From the NCBI RefSeq assembly GCF_006345805.1, contig NW_021833867.1, positions 1-53,531 on the forward strand: DNA of 53,531 bases. Reading direction: 5' to 3'. Position numbers and translations under genes: made by a program. The DNA is from Octopus sinensis (taxonomy: Eukaryota). The notes under the pieces were generated by a model that had not been told where the DNA came from, searched no databases, and saw only the letters and a list, made by a program, of their open reading frames with translations. Shown piece by piece: positions 11,303 to 24,078 of this stretch (its first letter is position 1; each line of letters opens with the position of its first letter).

Positions 11303-11319
11303 AGAATATATATATCGGT

Positions 11320-11460
11320 AGCCACTACACACATTTTTCTCTCCTTGTTTCTTTCCGTGTTCATTTCTGTGGAAGAGCGTAGGCTCGAAACTTAGAAGAC
11401 TTTTTCAATTTCTGAGCGTTATGCTAATACATCCGTTTGTTTTCTACAACCTCTGTCTTC
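11320..11460 (+). repeat. Dispersed repeat carrying the hammerhead-like motif CTGT(G/A)GAAGAGCGTAGGCTCGAAAC; other copies at 13440-13630 (-) and 32660-32760 (-)
   Basis: The motif and flanks are homologous in three places. Confidence 0.7.
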
Positions 11461-12229
11461 GTCTTTTGTTTTGTTTTTTTTTTCGTGAATCCTCCCCATA
11501 TATATATATGTGTGTATATATATATATATTTGACTTCCAAAATAGCAAAAAATGTTTAATTCTCCCCTTAAAAAAGGGGGGAATTTCACAAAAACAATTC
11601 CCTGCTAAGCAGGTATTGTGTTCGAACACAAGTAAAAGAGTAACATAAATCAAAATAGATACATACACGGTAAGAATTAGCAGCTCACAAAAGAACGTCT
11701 ACATAGTCCAAACATTTGATCACTATAAACAGATCATTTGTGCAGGTCGTTCGGTAAAAGCTTAAATCTCGAACGTCGTCTTGCACGGTAGAGTCTTTCA
11801 TATATATGTATGTATGCGCGTGTATATGTGTATGTGTTCCTCTCTCTCCCTCTCTTTTTCTTTATCTCTCTCTCTCTCTTTCTCTCTCTCGCTTTCTTTC
11901 ACTCTCTTTTTCTCACTGTCTGTATATCTCTCCCTCTTTTTGTCTCTCTCGTTGCTCATACTTGACCCTCGTTTATCTTTCTTTTCCTCACATGACCATC
12001 TTTCTTTCCTGTACGGACCTTCTAAGGACGGGATGTCTCCTGTCTCTCTCTTCTATCTTTTCTGGTTTCAAAGAAAGTATTTCTCTCATCGTTCACTATT
12101 TTCCCCTCGTTCAGCTCTAACGACCCTCTATGTTTGTTTTCGTTCGGTTTCCGTGCATGTCTCCACTGTCCTGTTTTTGTTCCTAACTTTGACCCGCCAT
12201 AAATCCAAAATTTTATCTTAGTATTTATG

Positions 12230-12440
12230 GGAGCAACTGTCTTCGAAGACTCATATTGTCTTTGATTGTTCGAAATAGGGAGTACAGAGACAGCGACAAC
12301 TGATGAAGAGTCGTTGTTTGTATTCTTTGTAATACTTGTCTTGTTTGCCGTTTATTCTCTCGTTATTTGCATATTTAACTCATTTGCTTTCGTATTTCAT
12401 GTTTACTGTTGGTGACGTCCTCTACCCATATACGCATATA
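12230..12440 (+). repeat. Dispersed repeat containing gacagc..acaactgatgaag; second copy at 7935-8060 (-)
   Basis: Shared acaactgatgaag and gtatttcatgtt...gttggtgac.tcct.tacccata strings. Confidence 0.6.
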
Positions 12441-12461
12441 AATATATATTATTTATATTAT

Positions 12462-12515
<54 letters not shown>

Positions 12516-13164
12516 TAGATAGATAGATATTATAGTAGTTTGAATTAGCACCTCTTGAATTAGAGTTTCAAAGGTGTACTGGACGTGTCTATGTCGTCAG
12601 ATGCTCTTAGCATTTGGAGTTGTCATTAAAAATACCTATAACTCCTACAAGACATGCTGAGTTCTCACTTCTTTCACTTGATCCTTCACTTAAATGTGTG
12701 TGTGTGTCTAAATCCCTTAGCTATTTGCAATCCAACCTCTTGGTTTGATGAAAAAGCGTGGTAGGTTTCAATATGAGAAATTCGATTGAATCAATACCTC
12801 CCTACAGAAATTCTTGGCTTTGTTGCAATATAACAGCAAAAACTCGTAATTCGTTTATAAACCATAAAACATCCCTTATTCATTACTTAAATAATCTTCT
12901 GAATGTTTATATTGTGCTTGATAAGGTAAATTCGGTTTATATGACAGTTAATATTCAGCGGACCTTAACCGTTTAATTACTTACAAAAGCCGATCTCACA
13001 ATTTCACATTAATAATAAAGTGTGACACGTTGAACTCAAAACATTCCAATTCACTGCACCCAAAGTATGAGTGGTAAGAACAAAAGGCACGTCTAGATTA
13101 TATATGTATGTGTATCCGTGGGTGTGTATGCGTGTGTGTGCGTTTCTGTGAGTGTATGAGCGCG

Positions 13165-13430
<266 letters not shown>

Positions 13431-13784
13431 ATAGTTGAAATTTACAGATAAACAAAAGGCGAAGACAGGTGTATGAACACCAAGCAGGTATATTAGTTTG
13501 ACGCTCGGGAAAGTGAGAGTTTTTTACGTTTCGAGCCTACGCTCTTCTACAGAAAAGAATATGAAGAAATAAACACAGAGGGCATAAAAAAACATGTGGA
13601 TTTAGCGATTAGTTACGGCGACTGGATATATACACACACTTAAATTTTTGTATGCTTATATACATATACGTATGTGATCGTTTGTGTGTATGGATGTATA
13701 TATACACAATAAATATAATATATAGATGCACACACACGCATATATATGTGTATATGTACGTATATATATATATATATATAAGTA

Positions 13785-13831
13785 GATAGTTTGACGATGG
13801 TTTAAATGGCCGAAACTTCGAAGTCACAGTC
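13785..13831 (+). ncRNA. Minimal type I hammerhead relic (Penelope-like-element style)
   Basis: gatagt-TTGACGA-T-GG(tttaaatgg)CC-GAAAC-TTCGAA-GTC-acagtc, with palindromic stem III ACTTCGAAGT and a C3U core change. Confidence 0.6.
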
Positions 13832-13857
13832 AATAATATAAGAATAATATGTGAGGA

Positions 13858-14035
13858 AAGAGTGAGAGAAATTTGTGGCGAAAGATTCAGCAGAAGTTTG
13901 CCATTACCTTCTGCCGGAGCCGCGTGGAGCTTAGGTGTTTCTCACATAAGCACACACTTCGCCTGGTCTGAGATTCGAACCTGCGGATCCCTCGACCGCG
14001 AGTCTGTTGCTCTAACCACTAGGCCATGTCATTCC
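13858..14035 (-). mobile_element. SINE-C-related subfamily, 5' half
   Basis: Head ggcctagtggttagagc...ggttcgaatctcagacc and shared ctaagctccacg...tttctctcactcttt. Confidence 0.7.
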
Positions 14036-14079
14036 ACATAGTTCTTAATAGAAATGCAAATATCCTGAAAAGTCATATT

Positions 14080-14475
14080 CATTTGGTCTGTATTTACGTT
14101 TTGAGTTCAAGTTTCAGCGTTGTCGACTTCGGCTTTCATCCCTCCGAGGTCGATAAAATAAGTACCAGTTCAACAATGAGGTTGATGCAATCGACTTATC
14201 CCCTCCACCGAATTTACTGGCCTTTGCTTAAATCTTGAAACCACTATCTAACGAAGGAAAAGCGGCCCGCTAGCGAGTCGTTAGTAGGTCTGTCAAAATG
14301 CTTAACAACATTTTGTCCGTCGAAGTTCTGAGTTCACATTCCACTGAGATTGACCTTGCCTTTTATCCTTTAAGAGTTGATGAAATAAGTACCAGTTAAA
14401 CACTTGGGTTGATGTAATCGACCTACCGCATCCCTCGAAATTGTTGGCCTTGCGCCAACATTTGAAACCAATAAT
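14080..14475 (+). mobile_element. Two diverged SINE-A copies in tandem
   Basis: gagttca...gtcgac...catcc...gataaaataagtaccagtt occurs twice. Confidence 0.7.
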
Positions 14476-16153
14476 TTTAGTTAGAAAACAATACCAATTC
14501 GGACTCAACTACATTGTAATATCAAGAAATAAAATGGTTTTCTTTTCTTTCTTTTTTTGTTTGTTTGTTTTGTCTTGTGATACTTCATTCTCATTTAATT
14601 CTATGTTTAAAAGCCAAGCAGAAAAACAACTTTCTCGCGAAAAACCCAGGAGGAAACGTTTGTGTTCATTACGTAGAAGAATGTGGAATGACTTCTGAGA
14701 ATTTGAAGTAAATTAATAAAAATCAAACGGACGCCTCTTTAGAAGTCTATTATAAACGCGTTTCTTAATACAATTTGTTTCCATCGTTGTTTGCATTGTT
14801 TATTCTAATACATTTGTTGTTGTATATTAAATGAGTTAGATCTTCCTGAAATAAACAGTATAGATACAAAGATTGCTTCTCAAGTGATGTTCGTGAAATA
14901 AATGAAATAAAATAATTAAAGTGTGTATTCGTTATTGTTATTTTTACGTTTGAATTTGTTTATATCTTTTGAACATGTTCAAAAGACTATTTCAATATAA
15001 TATTGTTATACATTGTACAAATAAAACCTCGTTAAAGAATACGAAATAAAACAGAAATCCTGGTCATCTTCAGATCCAAGCTTTTCTAATAAATGGTTTG
15101 TTTGTTATAGTAGACATTGGAAGCTTTCACACCGTATCCTGTGTTGGTATGACAGCTTATTGTTGAGGTATATTTATTTTACACTATTGTTTTACCTTTT
15201 TATTCTTGACATCAACTTTGCTTTTAATCGATTTTGAATGAAACAACGCTGAGGATATATACTTCAGGTGTACTTAATTGTCGAAGTTTGGTACTTATTC
15301 TATTTTGTTTCTTTTGCCGAACCACTAAGTTACAGGGACGTAAAATAAAATGCAAATGTAGTTGTCAAGCGTTGGTGGAGAACAAGCACAAATATACAAA
15401 TATGCATACACAGACACACACACATACACACATACACAATCAAAGTTAGACATGTAATGTGGATGTGTGTTGCTAAATGCTTTTAGGCTGCGGCATTTCG
15501 TCCAGACTAGATCCTTTAAAAGAAGTAGAGTGTTAAAAAGAAACACCGTATACATCAAACCTAGGCGAAATGAAGCATCCTAGAGATGAACGGGAACGAT
15601 AGACATTCGCAGTTATTTCTGCTCAACGGTGCCGTGTATTCGATTCCTGCACGAAACTAATTCGAATCGCTGGTCTGAAGAATACACAGATGGCGTAAGA
15701 TCTATCTGCTGACGTGCAAAGGCGCCGCACAAGTATAACAAAATTCAAATATTGTGTCAGGAACATATCTATAATGCAAACATTATCAATGTCACATACT
15801 TAATGCGATATTGGTAATTTCATCTGTTTCAAAAACTACAATAGCTACATCTGAAAGGAAATTTAAGCTGCTAAAAGGTCAAACATCGAGAACTGAATAA
15901 GAATATCGATCATGAATGCAGTTTAGCATGATAACAGAAAAGGAAAAGTGATTGGCTTTTTAGAATGAAGCATATTCAATTAATTAAAATATCTCTCTTT
16001 TTCTTTCACTTTTCCTCCCTCTCTCTCTCTCATTCTCGCCTTCTATCTCTCTCTCGCTTCTCTTTCTTTCTCTTTGCATAGATATGTATGTATATGCGTG
16101 TATGCATATAAGTGTATGTGTACATATACGTACATACATATAACTTATGTATG

Positions 16154-16189
<36 letters not shown>

Positions 16190-16231
16190 ATATATATATG
16201 TATATATATATATATATGTATGTATATATAT

Positions 16232-16265
<34 letters not shown>

Positions 16266-16339
16266 ATATATATATATTATATATATATATATATACACAT
16301 GTATATGTGTATATGTATACATATTCCTTGTTCTGTTTT

Positions 16340-16710
16340 TGTTCTTTTATTTGTTTCACTCATTTGACTGCGGGCATGCCTTTAGTCGAATTAAACAACC
16401 CTAGGTCTTATTCTTTGGAAGGCTAGTACTTATTCTATCGGTTTCTATTGCCAAACCGCTAAGTTACAGGGATATAAACACACCAGCATATGTTGTCAAG
16501 CGATGATGGGGGGACAAACACAGACACACAAACATATACATACGCACACACACACACACACACACACATATACGTATACGACGGGTTTCTTTCAGTTTCC
16601 ATCTACCAATTGCACTTACAAGGCTTTGGTCGGTCCAAGGCTATAGCAGAAGACACTTGCCCACGGTGCCACGCAGAGGGACTAAACTCGGAACCATGTG
16701 ATTTTTTCAG
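16340..16710 (-). mobile_element. SINE-B
   Basis: Reverse-complement match of both halves. Confidence 0.78.
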
Positions 16711-16964
16711 CAAGTTACATACACACACTCGCACACACACATATACATACATACATACATACATACACAACCGAACATACATACATAACCTAACATTTTG
16801 CAAAGAAGGGTTATTGTCTAGACATTGTTTTAATATACAAGACGATTGCTGACCTGTTCAATGATTAAAGTTGACATTTCAATCAATTAGTTCCAGGTTC
16901 TCGGATATTTGCTATAATCAATAATACATATAATAACCTATTTCGTTTTATAGCAAATAATAAT

Positions 16965-17165
16965 AATAGTTCTAAATTTTTCCACAAGGGCAGCAATTTG
17001 GGGGAAGGGGTTAAGTCGATTACATCGACCCCAGTGTACAACTGGTGCATATTTTATCGACCCCGAATGATGAAAGCCAAAGCTGATCTCGGCGGAATTT
17101 TAATTCAGAGCGTAGCGGCAGACGAAATACAACTAAGCATTTCGCCGGCGTGCTAACGATTCTGC
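16965..17165 (-). mobile_element. SINE-A
   Basis: Head and body match. Confidence 0.8.
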
Positions 17166-17166
17166 C

Positions 17167-17212
<46 letters not shown>

Positions 17213-17224
17213 ATATATATATAA

Positions 17225-17281
<57 letters not shown>

Positions 17282-17352
17282 ATATGTCCGTGTTTTTTGT
17301 ATCGTCTTCTAAATGTTTCACGTTCTTGTCCCAGTTTGTATTTTTTTACATT

Positions 17353-17397
<45 letters not shown>

Positions 17398-17740
17398 CTA
17401 TTATTCTATCAGTAATTAAAAACAGAACAAAGTGAATTGGTTCTTTCCAAGGCCAAGGTAACCGCTCTCAATGATCGCTAGTAATAGTAAACAGATCCGA
17501 CCTCTGCTAACCGCAAGGGTGTGACGCCTCTTTTGTGTCCGGATCGTACAGGAATGCGAAGCCCCATTGATGATCACTATCTCACCATCTGCCGAACCAT
17601 TTTACAGAACTTTGGAATTTAGTTTATACACCTAGCTGCTTTTCTTTCTCCTACTATTTCCTCCAACCCTCACATATTTATGACTATCTGAAGTATAAGA
17701 CAAAAGTCGAAACTAAACGACATTTAATAATGATTATTAT

Positions 17741-18133
17741 AGGCGCAGGAGTGGCTGTGTGGTAAGTAGCTTGCTTACCAACCACATGGTTCTGGGTTCG
17801 ATCCCACAGCGTGGCACCTTTGGCAAGTGTCTTCCGCTATAGTCTCGGGCCGACCAAAGGCTTGATAGTCGGAAACTGAAAGAAGCCCGTCGTATATATG
17901 CATATATATACATGTATATGTGTATGTTTGTGTTTGTGTGTGTTTGTCCCCCCAACATCGCTTGACAACCGATGCTGATGTGTTTACGTCCTCGTAACTT
18001 AGCGGTTCGGCAAAACAGACCGATAGAATAAGTACTAGGCTTACAAAGAACAAGTCCTGGGGTCGATTTGCTCGACTTAAAGCGGTGCTCCAGCATGGTC
18101 ACAGTCAAAATGACTGAAACAAGCAAAAGAGTA
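17741..18133 (+). mobile_element. SINE-B, complete
   Basis: aggcgcaggagtggctgtgtgg ... gactgaaacaagcaaaaga. Confidence 0.87.
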
Positions 18134-18261
18134 AATACCACACAGTAGTTGGAGCAAAGACTCCATCTTAAGGCGGTTAAAATACCAGTGATTGTAGGGC
18201 CACTTGGAATGATTAAAATAGAAACTGAAAAGTATTTAAGAATGATCCCTGAATTACCTAT

Positions 18262-18403
18262 TTCTTTATTACCCACAAGGGGCTAAACACAGAGGGGACA
18301 AACAAGGACAGACATAGGTATTAAGTCGATTACATCGACCCCAGTGCGTAACTGGTACTTAATTTATCGACCCCGAAAGGATGAAAGGTAAAGTCGACCT
18401 CGG
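18262..18403 (-). mobile_element. SINE-A, 5'-truncated, long tail
   Basis: cctatttctttattacccacaagggg...aaagtcgacctcgg. Confidence 0.8.
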
Positions 18404-19154
18404 TATCTATGCAGGAAGTTCAAAAGATTGTATTGAGAAGAGTATGTTCGCTGTGAATTTTCTTTCCCTTTTTGCTCTTTATTTTTTTGTTTACATTTAT
18501 ATCTTATATTTTTTCTATTTTCACTTTGTCTTTCTTTCCCTTTTTTTCTATCATATGACTTTATAAATGAACAATCTGGTGTGATTGTTTTAATGGCCTA
18601 CAAATGTATACAGTGCTCAGGAAGGCACCCGGTAAGAAAAGGAAACGGAATTGAAAGCTGATAATGAAAGTGATAATAATAATGATAATTAACGGAATCA
18701 AAGACAAAAACCGAGCAAAATAACAGCTGACGGATAATCATAAAAACTGTTAAATAATTCATTTAAGAGTTACATACATACACACACGTACTATGCAACA
18801 CCCCTCCCAAAACATACAAGAATAAACTTAAACTGTAAATATCCAACAAAATGAACAAAACCCACATGTGTCATAGAAGGCCGATGCCCGACAGAAGAAC
18901 ACAACCTGCACTACACAAACGAGACACAATATAAAAACTAATACAACAGAAGATTCAAACAGAACCCCATAGCAAAATGTACAGATACCGTACAATAACA
19001 CCACCACCAACAACACCACCAAAAAATGCAACACACCCCACCCTACCGGAACAAAGGTGCATTAAATGATGCAGTAGGAAGTTACTTGAAACGTTCAGAT
19101 GTCGAAAAATAATAGTGGTGGTGACGAAAAACAACAACAACAGCAATAATAATC

Positions 19155-19555
19155 ATCCTTTTAAATTGGGCACAAGGCCTTAAATTTGGTGGGAGGATGA
19201 CTAGTATTTAATTTATCGACTCCGAAAAGACGAAAGGCAATGTCCACCTCGGCGAAATTTTAACTCAGAACGTAAACAGAGACGAAATGCCTCTAAGCAT
19301 TTTGATTGGTGTTCTAACGATTCTGCCTGTTAGACGCCCAATGGTTTAAAATTTTGGCCCACGAACAGCAATTTTGGGGGAAGGATAAGTCTGTTACATC
19401 GATCCCTGTGCGTAACTGGTACTTATTTCATCGACCCCCGAAAGGATGAAAGGCAAAGTGGACCTTGGCGGAACTTGAACTCAGAACATAAGGACGGGCG
19501 AAATACCGCTTAGCATTTTTTGTGGCTTCCTGAATATTCTACAAGCTCGCCACCC
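19155..19555 (-). mobile_element. Two SINE-A copies in tandem
   Basis: Two head and body matches (19155-19340 and 19345-19555). Confidence 0.75.
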
Positions 19556-20580
19556 TGACATTTAAATACATAAAGGGAAAAAACGGGTATCTAATCAGCT
19601 ACTCTACTAAACCTGCTTCTCTTTCTTTTCACAGACATATACATTCTTTCACTTATACAATTAAACAAAATATGGCTATTACCTTAATTTTAATTACGAA
19701 AGAAATCAATGAATAAGTCTTTTACTTGTCATATAATATTTCGCTCTGTGTGTCTTACATGTAACATATCTCGAACATTATAGAGCGATGTCAACTAAGG
19801 CTTTCTTTTTTGCTGTAATGATATAACAGAAGATAATGTGTAGACCTTTGTCACTAACTCTGGTAAGTAGCATTAGTTACACAGGTGCCAGCTTGAAATC
19901 ATTATATGTAAAGAGGTCAGTGTTTCTTCACCAGCGACGAATCGTCCATTTAAATTTGAATATAATTACAATGTGTTCAAAATGAAATTATTGATTTTGG
20001 TTGTAAAACAATAAAAATGCAAAGCAAAATCGATTAGCAGATTATTTTAATACTCCCTACATGAGAAATATTTTAATACTTATATTAATTATTGTCCTGC
20101 TAGTTTATATATATTTGTTTTTGCAATAATGAGACGTTTCTGCTTCACGTATTCTTTAAACAATTAACTATTTATTCACTAACATAGATGCAGTCTTACA
20201 AATTTAACCGAGAGATTCCTCTATCGCAACGATTACCTGTGTAGTTAAGGCTATACTTCGATGATGAGGTTATAAAAAGAATGAAACATGTAAGAAGTTA
20301 TCTTTCGTACTTACCGAAACAAGTAGATAATATCAGGCAATAACAAATACTTTTTTGATATATTTTCCCAAATTAATGTTCTGTAGTTGGGCTTTTGATA
20401 TTCCCTGCATTAAATATGTTACCCAAGTAACTTAATTTTTTAATTTCTACTTTGATTAAATTAATCAACACAACCATAATGGTCCGCGTGGCTTTTGGAA
20501 AGGCATTATGTATCAGGGTTCAGTAACAGTCAACGGATAAGCATAGCCTGCTGTCTTCAGAAAGAGAACACACAAGAATC

Positions 20581-20839
20581 TAGTAGTTCTCAACCACTTT
20601 TTGCCTATGGGTCCCTATGATTCGTATTTTAACTGAGAGTGGGAGAAACCCTCATAACGATTCAAGGTCTAGAATCTCTTAATGCATTTCTATGATTAAA
20701 TATTATTAGGAATTATATTTTAAAAAAAGTTTAAATATTTTATGTATTGTAGAGAGATAGCCTGTTTATTTCACATAAATTTTAACAAGATCCTATATGA
20801 ACTCCCAAGAGCCGTATGATCCCCGGTTGAGAACAACTG
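20581..20839. mobile_element. hAT (Charlie-like) MITE
   Basis: Inverted termini tagtagttctcaacc / ggttgagaacaactg, of the CAGTGGTTCTCAA type. No 8-bp TSD was found. Confidence 0.6.
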
Positions 20840-20889
20840 CACTCGACGAAGTCTTAAAGGCACTACGACTATTTGTTGTTGTTTATTTT

Positions 20890-21178
20890 TTAATTTTTAT
20901 TTTTTATGCGCCCATTTTCAAGCGTAGCCAGGCTCATGGGCCCGGTTTCTATGGCGTATGTGTACCCCACAGCTGGACGGGACACCAGTCCATCGCAGCG
21001 TTACTCAAGAGACAGGAAGAAAGAGTGAGAGAAATTTGGGGCGAAAGAGTACAACACAGGAGCCTCGTGGAGCTTTAGGTATTTTCGCGCAATAAACGCA
21101 CAAAACGCCAGGTCTGGGAATCGAAACTGCGATCCTCCGACCGCAAGTCCGCTGCCCTAACCACTGGGCCATTGCACC
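20890..21178 (-). mobile_element. SINE-C (tRNA-derived; central gcgatggactgg...cccgtccag motif)
   Basis: A box tggcccagtgg; B box gtttcgattcc; homologous to 28724-29029; A-rich tail. Confidence 0.8.
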
Positions 21179-21279
21179 TCTACTGTTGGTTATTTCAACG
21201 GCTCTCAAATAATTTCCGTTCTGTCGCCAGCACTCAAATCCACGTATCAAAAGTTTATTTCATTCTGTTATTCCGGTTT

Positions 21280-21500
21280 AAGGTGGTGGGCTGGCAGAAA
21301 TTTTTGCACGCCGGGCGAAATGCTTAGCGGTACTTTGTCTACCTTTACGTTCTGACTTCAAATTCCACCGAAGTCGACTTTTGCCTTTCATCCTTTCAGG
21401 GTCGATATATTAAGTACCAGTTGTATAGTGAAATCGATCTAATCTACTTGCACCCTCCCAAAAATATCGGGCCTTGTACCTTGAGTAGAAAAGATTCTGT
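21280..21500 (+). mobile_element. SINE-A
   Basis: aaggtggtgggctggcagaa...gagtagaaaag. Confidence 0.8.
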
Positions 21501-21623
21501 TATTCCGGTTTCAGTCCAACTGCGTGGCCCCTTGGTAAGTCTTTTCTACTTTAGCATGGGGCTGACCAAAGTTGTGAGTGGATTGGTAGATGGAAAATGA
21601 AAGAACCCCCGTGTATATGTGTA

Positions 21624-21702
<79 letters not shown>

Positions 21703-22481
21703 TACATATATATATACATATATATATATAATAAATATATATATATATATATATACACATATTATACTTATGATGTATATGTATATATACATATATATAT
21801 ACATACATACAAATATATATATATATAGACGTCATAAATAAATGGAGACTATTTATTTCAATGCTGTAGGAGAGAGGTAGAGAGAGAGAGAGAGAGTAAT
21901 GAAAATAACTCATATTACAAACGTCCTTCTTTAAATCTACTGCGAAGAATATTTTGATCACAACGTATTCCAACACGTGCCGTACCATAATTACAAATAT
22001 TTATACCAGGAGAAGAAGCTAACCAAAAGAAGAAATATCGAGTTGTGAGCGAACGTACTAGATATATGATAGCAATTACGTTTCTGATTTTGAAAAGAAA
22101 AAAACATCTTAAAAGCTGTTGCGGTTAATCTTCAAATTTTAATATCTCAATTTTCTTTTTGTTTTTACTATTACCATTAGTTCTAAGGTATCATTTTGTT
22201 TTGTGTTATTGATACATATTTAAAGAAATAAATTATTTCAAATATATATATTTGCTTTTGTTATTCTTTTTCCATATATGTTTTGAGAGGTAAGTATTAT
22301 TTGTATAACAATCTATATTCTATGTATTCTATATATGTGGTTTTGATTTTACGTACAACTCTTTGTTTTGATATGTTCAGTAAAATAAAGATAAGGGGAG
22401 AGAGAGAGAAAGGAAGAGGATAAAAGAGAGAGAGGGGGGATGTGAGAAAAACTTATTCGTAAATATACATATTTATGTTTG

Positions 22482-22579
<98 letters not shown>

Positions 22580-22778
22580 TATATAATATATTTATATATA
22601 TATACACATCCGTGTATACTTACACATCTATGTATATGCGTGTATGTTGTGTATGTGTGTGTGTGTGGCTGTTTATATATGCCGTGTATATATCGTTGTG
22701 TGTGTGGTATAAGAGTAAATAATGTGTGTGTATGTTGATGCAAACAGGAAACTACAACTAATGACATGAATACATATG

Positions 22779-22843
<65 letters not shown>

Positions 22844-22946
22844 TACACATATACATAATACATATATATATATATATATATATTGATAATTGGCAGAAGT
22901 TATTGTGACTCAAGGGTCGAGAGTTCCGTGTATTGGTACGAATCAA

Positions 22947-22980
<34 letters not shown>

Positions 22981-23384
22981 TTAATTATAAATAAATAAAT
23001 GAAAGTAATAAGTATATATGTATGTATTTATGTATGTATTATGCACCTGTGCGCATGTATCGACATACGAACGAGCAAATAGATAAAGGTAGTTGTAATT
23101 TAATATGTACAAACGCCTTTCTATATAAAAACATGCGAATGTATATATATCAGGAATTTAGAATAAGTACGTAAAATCTACAAAAACATTCGGTATTTTA
23201 ATACATGGACAGAAATACGTTGGCATCTGTATCTTTTACAGATTGCAAAAGCAAAAGAATCATCTACCCCTTTTATTTTTCAAATTATGCAGTTATCTCA
23301 GGAAAGGTCTTGGCAAAATATTTAGTCTAGTGTTTAAGTAGAGAGATAAGGTTGTTACAACTTATGACAAGATATATACGTCAG

Positions 23385-23519
23385 CGGGGATCATATGGTA
23401 CTTGCGGAGTCCACGTAAGATTTCCTTGTTAAAATTTATGCGTATTAAACGGGTTGTATTTCTATCATAAACAAAATATTTTAACAATTTTTTGATAGAA
23501 TTCTTGAAAATATTTAATC
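23385..23519. mobile_element. Partial second copy of the 20581-20839 MITE, cut by a SINE-B insertion
   Basis: cggggatcatatgg...ttgttaaaatttatg...aatatttaatca matches the reverse complement of 20695-20825. Confidence 0.55.
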
Positions 23520-23707
23520 AGGAGTGGCTCTGTGGTAAGTAGCTTGCTTGCCAACTACATGATTCCGGATTCAGTCCCACCGCATGGCGCCGTGAGTAAG
23601 TGTCTTCTACTGAAATCTCGGGCCGACCAAAGCCTTGTGAGTGGATTTCGTAGGCGGAAACTGAAGGAAGCCGGTCGTAAATTATATATATATATATATA
23701 TACGACG

Positions 23708-23788
<81 letters not shown>

Positions 23789-23831
23789 ATATGTATATAT
23801 ATATGTGTGTGTGTGTGTGTTGTGTGTGTGT

Positions 23832-23876
<45 letters not shown>

Positions 23877-24078
23877 CTGTGTTTGTTACCCCACCATCGC
23901 TTGACATCCGATGGTGGTGTGTTTACGTTGCCTTAACTTAGCGGTTCGGCGAAAGAGACCGATAGAACAATTGCTAGGCTTACAAAGAATAAGTCTTGTG
24001 GTTGATTCGTTCGATTAAAGGCGGTGCTCCGCCATGGCCGCTGTCAAATGACTGAAACAAATAAAAGAATAAAAGAAT
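23520..24078 (+). mobile_element. SINE-B, complete, with an expanded internal (TA)n(TG)n of about 190 bp
   Basis: Both halves match 17741-18133. Confidence 0.87.

Noticed and set aside
12260-12312. Type II hammerhead in the acaactgatgaag repeat
   Set aside because: Stems I and III cannot be formed convincingly; kept only as a dispersed repeat.
21610-21830. Regular single-base interruptions (taat/tatt) in long (TA)n tracts as a possible code or higher-order repeat
   Set aside because: Spacing is irregular; more simply explained by slippage or long-read consensus indel errors.
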